Positions 1 to 14,043 of a stretch of DNA of 64,000 nucleotides are shown piece after piece; within the stretch, counting starts at the first letter, position 1, and each line of letters opens with the position of its first letter. The stretch comes from the human T2T-CHM13v2.0 reference genome, Homo sapiens: NCBI RefSeq assembly GCF_009914755.1, contig NC_060947.1. One strand, given 5' to 3'. The notes beneath the pieces are model-generated. The model was not told the DNA's origin. It saw only the letters and a list, made by a program, of their open reading frames with translations, and did no database searches. The translations under genes and the position numbers were made by a program.

Positions 1-59
1 TGTCACTTTCAGCTGACATGTCTTTCTCATAAAATCAGCTTTCACTCTTCCACTCCTAG

Positions 60-520
60 CTCCACCCACCCATCAGCACAGGCCAGAATGCTGGTCATTG
101 TCTTTGACTTCTCTTTCTCTCCTTATGCCTGTTCAGTCCCCAAGTCCTGACCATACCACTTTTCAAATAGCTTGTGTCTGTCCATGCCTCTGTACTTCTT
201 CGTTCAGGCCATTATCCTTTTCACTGATTGTATTGTATTAGCCTCTCTCTTGTTTCTTCTTGCTTCCACCCTTGCCTTCTTCCAATTCATTATTCTCATT
301 GCACACAAAAACAATCTTAAAAACACAAATCTAATCATCCTGCTGACTTGATTGAAGCCTGTCCCTCTCTGCCCATGGCTCTTAACATGTCATCCATGTT
401 GCTGTCTGGCCCTCGCCTACCTCCTCGGCCACAGCAGCTCACTGCCGCTTTCCCTCCACTCTCTGGCCATTTCCCGGATGGTCAGTGTTCTCTGCGTGGG
501 AGCCTTACTCTTCACCCTCA
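60..520 (+). mobile_element. Degenerate L2 LINE fragment
   Basis: Pyrimidine-rich sequence resembling the L2 3' region (ttccacccttgcc...tccaattcattattc...aaaacacaaatctaatcat); boundaries approximate. Confidence 0.5.
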
Positions 521-810
521 CTTTTGCCTTCTTTGTTTTCTCCTTTGTCTCAATTCATCTATGCTTTTTTCCCCATTAAGAACGTGAAACGTAAGTGTTT
601 TCTGATATTTTCTTGTATATGCGATGTTTCCTTTTTTTTTCATTCTTAAAAAGAAAAAGATCTATTGCTTGTCAGCTCATTTATGTGTGCAACTCAGCCA
701 GAGGGATGGGCGTCTGATCATTATTGGTTTCCCATCTCAGAGGCAACCAGGGTTGCCTGTTTCTTTTGTATCATTCTAGGAACATTTTACGCATGTACAT
801 GCAAATATAG

Positions 811-1352
<542 letters not shown>

Positions 1353-2199
1353 TGACAAACAGAATTTAGATACCTCTATTACTCTACCATTCCTCAGGGG
1401 GCTTAGCTATATTTTTGGTGTAAGTTTTCTAATGATCAGGTAGGGGAGGGGATGTTAGGCATTGTTAGCCAGCACCATATTCATCTCGAAGTGCATAACT
1501 TGAAAAATGTTTATTTAACTTAGTTATCTCCTTTCCTCCTCATCTCAGTTTCTTGCCGTACCTCCTCCCCTAGATATAACTGCAGGTACTTACGGCCAGA
1601 AGCAGGTGATCTCCACTCCTTGGGTCCTCTTGGAACCCAAGAGAAAAGGCAAGTATATGAAAGATGATTAAAGAAATGAATATTCCTGAGGCTCTGTCAG
1701 AGTGGTGTTGGCCTGAGTCAAAAGATAATTGATAGTCACCACAAATAAATTGTTCATTCTAAGAGCTTTGATGAAAACAGCAGGAAATAGCCTTTGGGGG
1801 AGGCTGATATTGCACCGAGAGATCTTCTTGTGGCATGAAAGATATTTTATGGGTAGACTGGACCAGGATGCAAGCAGGATAAGGAGAGCGGAGGAGTGAG
1901 AATGACTGATGGTTTGGGATGGGATTGAGTGAGGTGGGTTAGAGTTGAGTCATGAGAGAGTTGGTCATCTGAGTTTGGAAGAAGAGTGAAGCAGGTAAAC
2001 AAGCGGGGCATACTGGGTACTGTCTTGGCTACTCTGGTTGTCTAACCTAATACTCAGCCCAGGGAATTGACCCACAGAGCAGGTCAGGCCCGCCCGGATT
2101 CTTTTGGGGTTCAAGAATTATTTACCAAGGCATTACTTGGTAAGTAAGTGTTCATACGAACGTGTGTGAGCTCTCAAACACACTTGTTCTTCAGAGCAA

Positions 2200-3000
2200 A
2201 TACAGATTTTAAAAATATGTCAAACATTCAACAGATACAAAAGGGCACAGTGAAAACTGTCCCTACCATTTCCCCGCACAGCCACTCATCCCAGGGGCAA
2301 CTGATATGACCCATTTATTTTGTATAGTACTATACAAAACATTTATATAATATTGTATATGAATATCTTTTTTATATACAAGTGAAAATAGGTATTATAT
2401 ATAATTACATGTAATATATGCAAAACACAGTTATGCTTTTTTACACATATGGTGGCATACTATACATCTAACATGCATTTAGCACTAACAATAAGCTTTA
2501 TTAACGTTCTATAGCAGCACATAAAGTACTTCCTCATCTTTTTGTTTTTTACAGATGCATAGTATTTCCTTGTCTGCGTCTTGTGTAAATCATTTAGCCA
2601 GCCCCTTTTGATTGACATCTTGTACTTGCAATCACTGCGTTGTTTGCAGATATATGGGAGACCAATTCCTAGAAATTGAATTATTGGGTGAAAATGCCTA
2701 TATATTTGTAATTTTTGATAACGACTTTCAAATTGGAGGTATAGCAGCCTATGTACTTGCCAACAATATATGAAAATGTCTGTTTTCTCGTACCTTTGTG
2801 AAAACAATGTGCTAACAAATTTATGGGTCTTTGCCAATCTGATAGGTGAAAAATGATAGCTCACTGTAGTTTAATTAGCATATCTCTTTATTAGTGAAGT
2901 GAAATATCTTAAGTTTATGAGTCACTTGTATTTCCTTTTCTGTGAACTGTTGATTCATATCAAGTGCCCCTTTTTCTTTTGAGTATTGGTTTGTCATTCT
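2200..3000 (-). mobile_element. Old L1ME-type fragment
   Basis: Antisense L1 3' motifs such as tttgccaatctgataggtgaaaaatgatagctcactgtagtttaatt. Confidence 0.65.
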
Positions 3001-3410
3001 TAATGGCATGAAACCAGAAGCTGGTCTGTCTTTTCCTTTGGACCAGAGATATACTGGAGTGTGTGTGGAAGATTTCTCCCTGAGTGGTGAGAGGAGATGC
3101 TGGCACCTGAGGCTCTCGAAGGAGGTTATGGACCCCAGCTGCTTCCCAGTTCTGGAGAACCCCAGGCCTGCCTGCAGTGCAGATTTCTTGTTTATAAGGT
3201 CATGACAGTAAAGTTGAATTACTTAGTTTATGGGTAGAGATTAGGGCTAAAAAAAAATCCTCTGTTGTTAGAGATGGTAAATGTCAACACTGTGTGTGTG
3301 CGTTGATCTCTCAGCATTGCTTAGACAGCTAAATTATGTTCCTTTCACTGAAATGGGTGGGAGGAGGAGATAGAGGTAGAGATAAAGATAGATAGAGGGA
3401 GAGAGTATAA

Positions 3411-3431
3411 GTGTGTGTGTGTGTGTGTGTG
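3411..3431. repeat. (GT)10 microsatellite
   Basis: Read directly. Confidence 0.9.
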
Positions 3432-3843
3432 TTAGGAAGAGTGAGTTTGATGCCTTTTCTAGGTATGTATGTGCCTTATTCTTGAGATCTTCTTTCACCA
3501 AATTCATTCCTCGTTTCATTTGAGACCCCAGCTGGACGTTTATACCATCTCCTAAGGGGTCAAAGGTTAACATGTCCTCCAGGTGTCCTACTTCACTGAG
3601 TCTACTATAGAACCCACATATACCTGAACGGACACTATTGCCACAAGGAGGTCCTATTTTTTCATAGCCTCCAGTCTCCTGCTTACTTATTTTCTTCACC
3701 TGCTTGTAGTTCTCTTTCTGATTTTCTAGCCCTTAACTTTTGAGGAAGGATTTCTAGCTCTTAACTTTTGGGGAAGGAAACATTTAATCTCAACTGATAC
3801 TGAAGTTTATTTTCTCAGTGCCAATCTTTTCTACTTGTTTCTT

Positions 3844-4178
3844 TTTTCTTTTTTCCTTTTCTTTTCATTGATTGATTGATTGATTGATTGAGATGGAGTC
3901 TCGCTCTGTTGCCCAGGCTGGAGTGCAGTGGCGCGATCTTGGCTGACTACAACCTCTGCCTCCCAGGCTCCAGCAATTCTCCTGCCTCAGCTTCCTGAGT
4001 AGCTGGGACTACAGGCGTGCGCCACTGCGCCTGGCTATTTTTTGTATATATTTCTTTTAGTAGAGACGGGGTTTCACCATGTTGGCCAGGGTGGTCTTGA
4101 ACTCCTGACCTCAAGTGATTCACCCGCCTTGGCCTCCCAAAGTACTAGGATTACAGGCGTGAGCCACCATGCCCGGCC
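3844..4178 (-). mobile_element. AluS, full length, with (ATTG)n in tail
   Basis: Alu dimer; target site duplication (TSD) tctac(t/c)tgtttctt at 3830-3843 and 4179-4192. Confidence 0.95.
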
Positions 4179-6269
4179 TCTACCTGTTTCTTAGTGTATT
4201 CCTCAGGTGCTCACTGTGTACCACACTTCTTGACAATAAAAGAGATGTTTAGTTAATTTAGCCTCCCAGAGGTAGCTGAAAACACTGGTTTGAACTGCTG
4301 GTTCCAGGCAGTACTTTGTAAATCTGGAAAGGATAGTAGCTTATTCCCCAGGACCTTTTGGTCTCAGTTATATGCCAGGCTATGGATATGGAAGACTTCT
4401 TTACAACTGGCACCATTTTAGCCCCTGGGCCCATCAGTCTTTCCCTTGATCTCAGGCAAGCAGGGAGTGTCATGCCCCCCCAGTTGCCTATCCCAACAAT
4501 AGTCACTACTGACTGAGGTGCTTCTTTGGTCCCAGTGCTGTGCTGGCCCTTTTCAGTCCTCCCAACAATCTCACAAGGTAGGTATTATTACATCTTCCAT
4601 TTGTCCATTTGGAAATACTTAAGTGGCTTCCATGAGTCAGCCACCATGCCAGGGGTACACTGAGGAGTACACCTATAGCCTCTTGCTCTCTAGGTGCTTG
4701 CAGTCAAAAGGAGGAGATAGATTTGAATCAAATGATCCCACCTATGCATGTGGAATTAAAAACTGACAATTGCCCTAAAGGCCTTAAAACATGGTACCAT
4801 GTAGCAAAGGAATCCAGCCTATAGCTAGAAAGTGAGAGAAGGCTCCTTTAACAAAGTATGTGTTGAGCTGAGCTGTGAAGGATGAATAGAAGTTAACCAG
4901 GCTAAGGAAGGATGGTCCTGGGAGGTGAGGAGAGGAGTGGAGTGTTTCCTGTAGAGGTAAGAGCCTCTCCAAAACCGCACAGCAGAGCTGGGCTGCTGAG
5001 AGAGCTTTGCTTCTGTCACAATCAGAAAGCTACAGCATTGGGAAACTGCTGCCCTAGTGTCAGCTCCAACCAGATCCACACTACAAACTACCTTGGCAGC
5101 CAAATGAAAGCTTTGTTCCCTGCCTGTAACTTGGGTCTGCATCCGTCTTCCGTGGGTGTATTTGTTGAGTGGAACCTAAGTCCTATTTGGAATTCTAGCA
5201 GCAAAGGTGTTTTGACAGTGGAGTTTTTAGCTAGTCAGCTTGTGCAGTGCTGGGACTTATGCTGACGGGTGGAATGGACTCGTGACCCAGTCTCTACCAT
5301 ATTTCACAGGGAGAGCAGATACATTTGAAGAACTGAAAGAAGGCAGCTGTGGCTAGAGCCTGGAGTGGGAGGGAGATGAGGTCGGAGAGGGAGGCAGGGC
5401 CCTGTGGGCTATGTGACTGCCTTGCAGGTGGGAGCTGATGGCTCAGAAGTTAATTTACTGGTTAGTAAGTGACCATGCCAAATTGGAACCCAAGTCTGTC
5501 TGCCTCTGGAACCTGTACTCTTTTTGCACCTCCAGTCAGTAGCCTCATTCTCCAAAGCATTCTTGAATTCTGTCCAAGTTGTGGATGCATCTGTTTCCCA
5601 TCTGAACTCAGACTGCCTTGAGTGTGAAGGGGAGAACGTAGTGAAGAGACAGGCAGCCTTGGCCTGACCAGCAAGGACAGGGGTGGGAACGTCATCGCTT
5701 CGTTAATGGAAGTCTGCAGCCTTGTCAGAGTCTCCTCTTACTGCTGATTTCTCATTTTTCTTGGCTTTCTCCTCTAAGCAGAGCACAAAATCCTGATAAT
5801 AGTGAAGGAAAAGTGCCCTTCTGGAACAGCAAATCTTGGCCCCTGAGGGGAGAATTGGAGGCAGTGGTTACTAATGAGCATTTCTTATGTTAATCAAAAT
5901 ACTGTTAGCGCCACATACTGCAATCACAGTAAAATGATTACATACCTGGATTGTATGGCTAGCTCTAGGATTCTTTTGTGATGACGTGCCAGATGCTTAC
6001 CTGCAAAAATTATGTGAGAAATAAAATGGTGCTCTGTCAGTATGATTTAATAGTTCGCCAGCCAAAATCTAAAACTAAACTAGATGATGGGGAGGAAGGT
6101 GTAATACAGCATAGTCATAGCTCAAGCACAGATCCTCAATCTGCAAAATTGCAGCAATGATTTAGGCATTGCAGTGAGGTTCTTTTTGTAATAAATGCTC
6201 TATTTTTACAGGATGGATGAACAGATAGAGATAACTATAGAGCTTGATGATCAAGTGTACGTACTTTGG

Positions 6270-6470
6270 ACCCAGTTTGTATTCTGGCTCTACCATGTGC
6301 CATAGGTGTGTGGTCTTGGTAAATTACTTCCCTTACCTAATCCTCAGTTTCCTGTTCTGCAAAATGGGAATTACCGGATTTACCTCGCAGGGTTGTGAAG
6401 ATGAAAATTGATTGTGTGCATTAGGTACTTACAGTGCCTGGCACTTAGCAAAGCAATGAATGCTTGTTAC
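6270..6470 (+). mobile_element. MIR SINE
   Basis: MIR core cctcagtttcctgttctgcaaaatggga...gggttgtgaagatgaaa...cagtgcctggcac. Confidence 0.75.
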
Positions 6471-6959
6471 CTGACATTCTTCTGTGTCTAAGTGATCGTT
6501 TCAAAAAGTATAGCTTATTGTAATAAGCAGCAACTGTGTGTTGCACATTAGGCTCAGAGAGATTCCTACAGTTTGGCAGTCAGCCTTCTGAACTATTGAA
6601 ATTAGATCCCTAAGTAAGTTAGGTAATATGTGGTTAAAGGCATCTTTGTGGGTTTATTTCCCTGAAGAAACAGATAAGGTTAAATTTCTCTGTTGGGACT
6701 TAATTTTAACTAACTTCTCTACAGAAAAACCAAATTATTTATTGCAACTTCCTGTGAATCTATAATTATTTTGAAATAAAGACTAGAAAGAAGGAGTTTT
6801 TTAAAAAGTTCTCTGACTTCAGAGGTAAGGGAGAGGGCTCAGCCTTTATAGTGTTGGATGACATTATGTGATAAATGCATATAAAGTTCAGCTTCAGTCA
6901 GCTTAAGAGAACTCAGGTTAACCTTTCTCTGTCTCTAGACTGGGATTGAGAATTTTTTC

Positions 6960-7150
6960 GAATGTTTGTTTGTTTACTCATTCAGCAAATAACTTATTGA
7001 GTGTTTTGTATGTGTTAGTGACTTTTCCAGGCATTTGGGATATAGCAGTGATCAGGATAGACAAAATTTTCTGTCCTCCTGGGTTTTATGGGATAGCATG
7101 GGGTAGGGTGAGAGGCAGAGCATAAACAAGATTGATCAAGCATAATTTGG
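6960..7150 (-). mobile_element. L2 3' end fragment
   Basis: tcattcagcaaataacttattgagtg...gggatatagcagtga is the typical antisense L2 terminus. Confidence 0.65.
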
Positions 7151-7539
7151 AATCGTTTCATGTTAAAACAAAATTGCTAAGCTCTGTCTCCTTTTCTAGG
7201 TCCTTTTCTTCATTTCTCATTGAACACTTTCCCCACAATTTTACTTGAGCTGTCTTTTCTTTTTAACTGGGAATCTCCTTCAAATCCATGGAAGATGAAC
7301 CTATATTACTCAAACACAGAAAGACTACTATAAAAATGAATCAGCATCCTGGTCCTATAGATTGTCTGCATAGATAATCAAATTAGAATGAGAAAGTTGT
7401 TTGGGCTCATAATGGTCTAATGTCATTGGTCAGATTGCAAAACCACAATAGCTTCAGGCTTCCATCTCCAGGATGGGCTTTGTGGTTGTGAAGGGCAGAT
7501 CTTCCTTTCCTTTGGGTCTTGCTTGAAGGATACATTCAT

Positions 7540-7920
7540 TGAGGGAACAGCTGCTATAACAAATAGGCCCCACATTTTAATGACTTTGCACAGTAGGTAT
7601 ATTTCTCACTAATATAATAGTTTGGCAGGCCGCTGTCCTCAGCATGGTGATTCATGCACCAGAGCTCCTTCTGTCCTGTCACTGTGCCATCGTCTGTTCA
7701 GTGGGCACATAGGAAAGAGAGTAGAGGAGTGCTACAGGGTACTAGTCCTGCTTGGAAGTAGGGTAGGCCACTGGTGCTCACATTGCAATGGCTACAACTC
7801 AGTCACATGGCTGCATGTAACTTCAAGGGAGGCTGGAAAATGTCATTTCTGGTTGGGCAGCCACTTAGTGACACCTCTACACCAGGCATAGTAGAGCATG
7901 AATTATTGGAGGAGTCTGCT
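7540..7920. mobile_element. Old MLT1 (MaLR) LTR fragment
   Basis: Motifs gctgctataacaaa and agtcacatggct...aacttcaagggaggctggaaaatgt. Confidence 0.55.
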
Positions 7921-9366
7921 GTAATCCCACCTATCAGCACTGCCACCACTTGCTTCTGTGACTTTTTTTTCTCAGCCCCATGACTGACCAATTTCCTTGA
8001 TCTTTCTTTAGACAAATTGATATTCACTTGGGCTATAGTGTAGTCTCACCAGCCCATTAGCTATCCTTTTCTTTACAGTAGTCAAGTCTTCTCACATCTT
8101 TGCTAATGAGATCGTTTTGATCAGCAATTGCCTTGTGGTAGTCTTATTTCCAAAATATTTTTGGCGGAGGAGGCATCCTCAGATATTCACTGTGGGCTTA
8201 GTATGAGCTTTTGCTACTCCAAATAGTTTGTTTACTAAGGCACTAACAGGACACTGTTAAAAGATCATTACCCCTCATAGGTGAAATGGCTGGACTCTAA
8301 AACAGCATTTATAGGATGCCTTCGGGGTAGGTTTATATTTTAAACAGAAATGTTCTATGATTGAAACAATACACACACCCTTCTTAAGTTCTCTCCAACA
8401 ATGCTTCCTTGCAATTCATATTATTTAGCTTTGTTTGATTTTTAAGATAGTTTGATAGTAGGGGTAAATGTTACCTTTTGGGATTTTATTAATAGTATTA
8501 CTTTTTAATGAGTCTTTTGAAGTCTTTCATTATAAACAGCCTGCTTTCCCCAGAGATAATAACTTGCCATGCCAAATATTTGCATTTCACTTGAAACAAA
8601 ACCAAGGGGTTGAATGTTTTAAATATAAGCAAATCTAATTCTCCTGTGTCTAGAGAAACTGTATAATGAACCATATGTATGTGGCTTAAGCAGACAGATG
8701 TGAAAGATTTCTCCCTCTCTCCTTTTATTTAAAAAACAAAACACTGGCAGAGCTCAAAATTGGCACCAAGTAGCAAATATCTCTGCTCAGCCAACAAAAC
8801 CACTGGAGCTGGAGTTGATGGGGGGAGGCCTCTTTAGGGTGCATGCAAAAGTGGAGCTTTTCCTGGTCCTGGCTTCTACTTGGAAAGCTAAGGCTCCACA
8901 GCTTATTTGCCCTCATTTCTCAGTGCCTTCAGGCTTCAAAATGAGCCATTCTCAGGTGACTGACTTTTCAGATCTTTGAGAAGATTGTTGTGGTTGATTG
9001 TTGGACTGGTTCAGAAGACATGGGTCCACGCATCTGGGTCCTGCGGTGACATGGCCTCTAGCTGCTGACAGAGTGGTGCTGAGCTACCAAACAGACTCAT
9101 AGGCTTCCTTTCACAAAGAACATCATAGGGCAGTGTTTCCACATCTCTTGCAATACAAGACATACCTCTGAACTTCCTCAAGCTTGCCAATAAGTAGAGC
9201 TCACACTACCTTTTAGTATCTGTGATGTACCTGCCAGGGACTATAGGTGGGATAAAGTATCTGATATGGCTCCTGTCCTTCACATTGAAACCTGGGTGAA
9301 GATGTTTAGGAACACTTTAAATGTTCAAACTGTGGTACTTACCATGACTATCATAAAGATTCATAT

Positions 9367-9659
9367 ATATTTTTTTGAGACAGGGTCTTGCTCTGTCACC
9401 CAGGCTGGGGTTCAGTGGTACGATCATGGCTCACTGCAGCCTTGACCTCCTGCGCTCAGGTGACTCTCGCACCTCAGCCTCCTGAGTAGCTGGAACTACA
9501 AGTGCATGCCACCATGCTTGGCAGTTTTTAAATATTTTTTGTAGAGATGGGGATTTGCCATGTTGCCCAGGCTGGTCTCAAACTCCTAGAGTCAAGTGGT
9601 CTGCCTGCCTTGGCCTCCCAAAGTGCTGAGATTATGGGTATGAGCCAACATGCCCAGCC
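9367..9659 (-). mobile_element. AluJ
   Basis: J-type features (gacagggtct, cactgcagccttgacctcc); TSD aagattcatat at 9356-9366 and 9660-9670. Confidence 0.93.
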
Positions 9660-11462
9660 AAGATTCATATTTTTTAAGACGCTCAAATCACTTGGCTTAG
9701 TAAATCAATTTCAAGCATACAGCGAGAAGCAAGGGGAAAGAGATGGGGGGGTAGGTTAGCACACTTAGTGCAAACCAGTAGAAGGGCCACTCTATGGGTT
9801 ACACAGAACTCATGTGCCCTCTCCCTTTGTCCTAAGGCCTTTCTAGGTTTAGGAGTAGGAACTCTCCTTGCCCACTTAAGTTTTCTTGGAAGAGGGGTTG
9901 GGTTCTCATGGGAATCTAAGAAATGAGAGCCAAGGAATGGCCCACTGGTCTGTAGGGGTGGGAGTTCTTGGCTGTTCATGCTTGTTCTACTGTTAACAGG
10001 CCTTGCCCTGGTTGTGTTAAGTTTGCTCCACTGTCCACTTATCTTTAGGCTTCTGCAGCCTTTCTTGCCCCCCCCCGGCTTTGTGTCCTTTCTGTACCTA
10101 CCTCCCAGCTTGTGCTGATGCTTGGTTCTGGCGCCCTCATAACTTTAAGTCCCACCTACCCTTTCTCTATACTACAGCCCCACTGAGCATCTGTTTAGGG
10201 TCTACTTTCTCTTCTCATTGGCCTTGATATTTCTCATCCACATTCCCAAGAATGAGCATCTGACCTAAGCCCTTGTCAGAGCATCTCAAAGGCCAGTATA
10301 CTGTGTGCCCATGAACCCTTACTCCCACTCAGGTGACGCCAGGTGTGAGGTGGGTCATGGTGCCCACACAAGGCTGCCAGGCCCACCTTTGCAGCAGAGC
10401 ATGGGAACGAGCAGTGCCGTCTGTCATGGCCGTGGGTACGGCAGGTACATTGGAGGATTTGAGCAGGGGAAGAGTGTTCTGGGAAGAAGACAAACATCTT
10501 ACCCCTGAGGAGTGAGCATGTGCAGTCGGAAAGCCTGCTGAGAGGAGGCTGGGGTGCGAGGCTTCTGAAGGCCAGGTGGAGGAGGTGGACTTTTCTGTTA
10601 GGCAGCAGGTCATCTCTGCAGGCTTTTAAGCAGAGGAGTTAATCACCCCCTTCTGTTCATTCCTGATTTCTGTTGTTAGAGTAGACCTGAGACCTGCCTG
10701 CTAAGAGGCCACTAATGCCACGCTGGAGTGAGGTGATGTCAAGAGGAGCTAGAAAGCAGATGGTTATGGCATTGAGGAAAGAGCACACATGGGCTGACAG
10801 GGACAGCTAAGCAGCAGCTTCATGAGCAGGAGGGAAAGGGCGTGTTCTAGGGGAGCAGCAGCTTCCATGTCAGACTCAGGAATGCAGCAGACCCAACATC
10901 CAGCTTGGAGATTTCTTCTCTTTTTCTTTTTTTTCAATGGAACTGTATTTTCGCAAAATGTTACAGATCACTTATAGCAAACAGAATGGTGATGGTCAAG
11001 GAAACTGACTCTGGGCTCCTTTTTGACCGCAGCAGCTATGTGGAAGCAGCTGCAGCTGTGATAAGGGCCGCCCAGCATGGATATTTCTGTGTCTTCGTTC
11101 ACTGGGAAGTGGAGGGACAGAGCTTCCGACCCACATCCCACCTTCTTCACGAATCATCTTTGCCACCAAATCGTTGGCTCATAGGTGTCTGTTCTTGTCT
11201 TTCCTGCCCATGCCTAGCTTTTAGGTTCCTTTGCTCCGGCTCTTTCTGTCAGGGCTGACCTGGAGGGCAGTGCTCCTGTGAGTTCTCCACATTATATCAT
11301 GGCCGGTAATCTAATCCAATTCAAGCTGACATTCTCCACCCTATGTTCTACCAATGGAACCTGGTCAGACATCTGGGCTCATTCAGGAAGTGCTGCTAGG
11401 GCATGGCTCTGGAATTTGGTGGGAGTATTTTGGAAGGTTGTGTGGTCTGTTTGGTTGTTTAG

Positions 11463-11793
<331 letters not shown>

Positions 11794-12699
11794 TGTTTAT
11801 TTTTATAATAATAAGAGGTTTTTGAAAAAAATTCAGATAGATGCAACCCAGTTAAAAAAAATCCCGGTATACAAAATCCTGCCTTTGAATAAGAGATTAA
11901 AAAAAGATGGTCATTATTTGCTGCCTGCAGGGGTTCACTAAGGGATATGGGTAAGTTCCCTTAGCTCGGAAAAAGGATAATAATTAATACCCGCTTACAT
12001 CTCCAAAGTCTTGAGGTGCTCAAACAAGTAGGAGTGTGTGAAATGCTTTGTACATATCAAAACACTCTGTGAAATTTAAGGTATTAACTAATGGATAATG
12101 ACTTCTTGAACATTTAAGAGTGGTTTGATTTACGTTTAGTAGAAACTCATCTAGTATGAAAATGATACATTTATTACAAATGATTAACAACCCTACAGCT
12201 CTCAACCTCTTTATGTAACCTTCCTTCTGACTAAAGGACCCAGATGACTTTGAGGAATAGCCTGTTTGCTGGGTGCATTCTCACTCAGCACTTCTGGAAG
12301 TATCCATTCTACAGTTAGTATTTCATCTCATTGTCCTGGCCTTCCGAAAGCACCCTTAACCCAAGGTGTGAGATATCAAAGTAATACATATTTTACTTCA
12401 GAGATGACATCTCAAGGTTTTACAGTAGCTCAACATTTTCTAGTCTCCTTTCTCTGAACATTGTCAGAGGGGAGACAGGCGTTCCTGGGAAGAATTAATT
12501 CCTGGAATGGTGTGTGTGTGTGGGTGTGGGGAATGGGAGGAGATGGCCGGCCTTCTTTTCTAGGGTTAGTGGGTGGAATTGCCCGCCCAATGATTAATTC
12601 CCTCCTTGACAGTGTGTTCAGAAGCAGGCACCTTGATGGCTCTTTAGCAGCAATACCCTCCTCTTCTTTCCTAGCCTCCTTTTGTCATAAAGCCTCATC

Positions 12700-13036
12700 T
12701 TTTTTATTTATTTTTATTTATTTTTTTTTTTTTGAGACAGAGTCTCACTCTGTTGCCCAGGCTGGAGTGCAGTGGTGCGACCTCTGCTCCCAGGTTCAAC
12801 TTCTGCCTCCCAGGTTCAACCTCTGCCTCCCAGGTTCAAGTGATTCTCTTGCCTTAGCCTCCCGAGTAGCTGGGATTACAGGCACGCACCACCATGCCTA
12901 GCTAATTTTTGTATTTTTAGTAGAGATGGGGTTTCATCATGTCGGCCAGGCTGGTCTTGAACTCCTGACCTCGTGATCCACCTGCCTCGGCCTCCCAAAG
13001 TGCTGGGATTACTTGCGTGAGCCACTGCACCCGGCC
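12700..13036 (-). mobile_element. AluS with internal 20-bp triplication
   Basis: TSD aagcctcatc at 12690-12699 and 13037-13046. Confidence 0.93.
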
Positions 13037-13907
13037 AAGCCTCATCCTTCTGGTGTTCACCTCTTGGTCCTGTTAAGGTGGCCCTTGGCAAGTACCTCTT
13101 TAGTCTTAGGGTTCATGGGAGGGATAGAACAAAGGCCCACGCCTCCCCCTAGCATCGACATTTCCCTTCGTCTGCCAATGCCTACCATAGCTTTGTTTTC
13201 TCCCGCACTGCTTCCCTGGTTTTCTAGGCTCTTAAATCCTCAAATTTGACTTGCATGCCCTCTAGTGGCAGGTCTGATGCACCCCTTGTTACCCTGTTTA
13301 TTGTGGTACCATAACAGCTGTTCTCACCACCCAGCTCTGTTACTAAATATTGTCTGTAATTCACAAATGCCGAATGAGAGGTTCAGTGGTCCTGACTTGC
13401 CACTCAAGTAGGAGCTGGAAATGTGGGATTTGAATTGGAGCTTTTGATTCCTGGATTTATACAGCATTTCAGTGTAACGGCAACAGTAAAAAAGATGTGG
13501 TTATAGTTGTTCTAGTTTCTTTTTTGTCATTTAAAAAGAATCCAGATTATTTTACTATCCACTCAGCTAATCTGAAAGAATGAAAATGTGAGGAATAGTG
13601 GAAAATAAGAATGATCATCTTTTTTTAAACCCTTTATTACAATTAGAAATTTTTTTGTCACTTACTGAGTATTCAGTATTTCATGCCTCAGTCCTGTTAA
13701 CTTTGAAGAATACAAAAAATACATAAAGCATGATGTCTGCCCCTAAGTTTCTGTTCTAGTTAGATTCTAGTTATGAGGCAGTTAAATTTCTTCACCTGAG
13801 GAAAAAAATTAAGCATAACACATGATAACTTTTATTGGTGTTTAATTTTTCTACTTCTCACTAAAGACAGGTTCTCTGAGCATTTACTTTTTAATTTATT
13901 CTTACAG

Positions 13908-14043
13908 TCCTTTTCAGTGGAGAGGGAACTACAGGATAACAGCAGTTACCCCGACGAACCCTGGAGGATAACAGAAGAACAGCGCGAGTACTATGTCAAT
14001 CAGTTCCGATCCCTTCAGCCAGACCCAAGCTCTTTCATTTCAG
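13908..14043 (+). CDS. REPS2: REPS2 exon A (136 nt, phase 0/1), start of EH domain: SFSVERELQDNSSYPDEPWRITEEQREYYVNQFRSLQPDPSSFIS(G)
   Basis: Acceptor ttattcttacag|, donor tcag|gtaaga; the W-x-I-T-x-E-Q pattern typical of EH domain starts. Confidence 0.96.
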
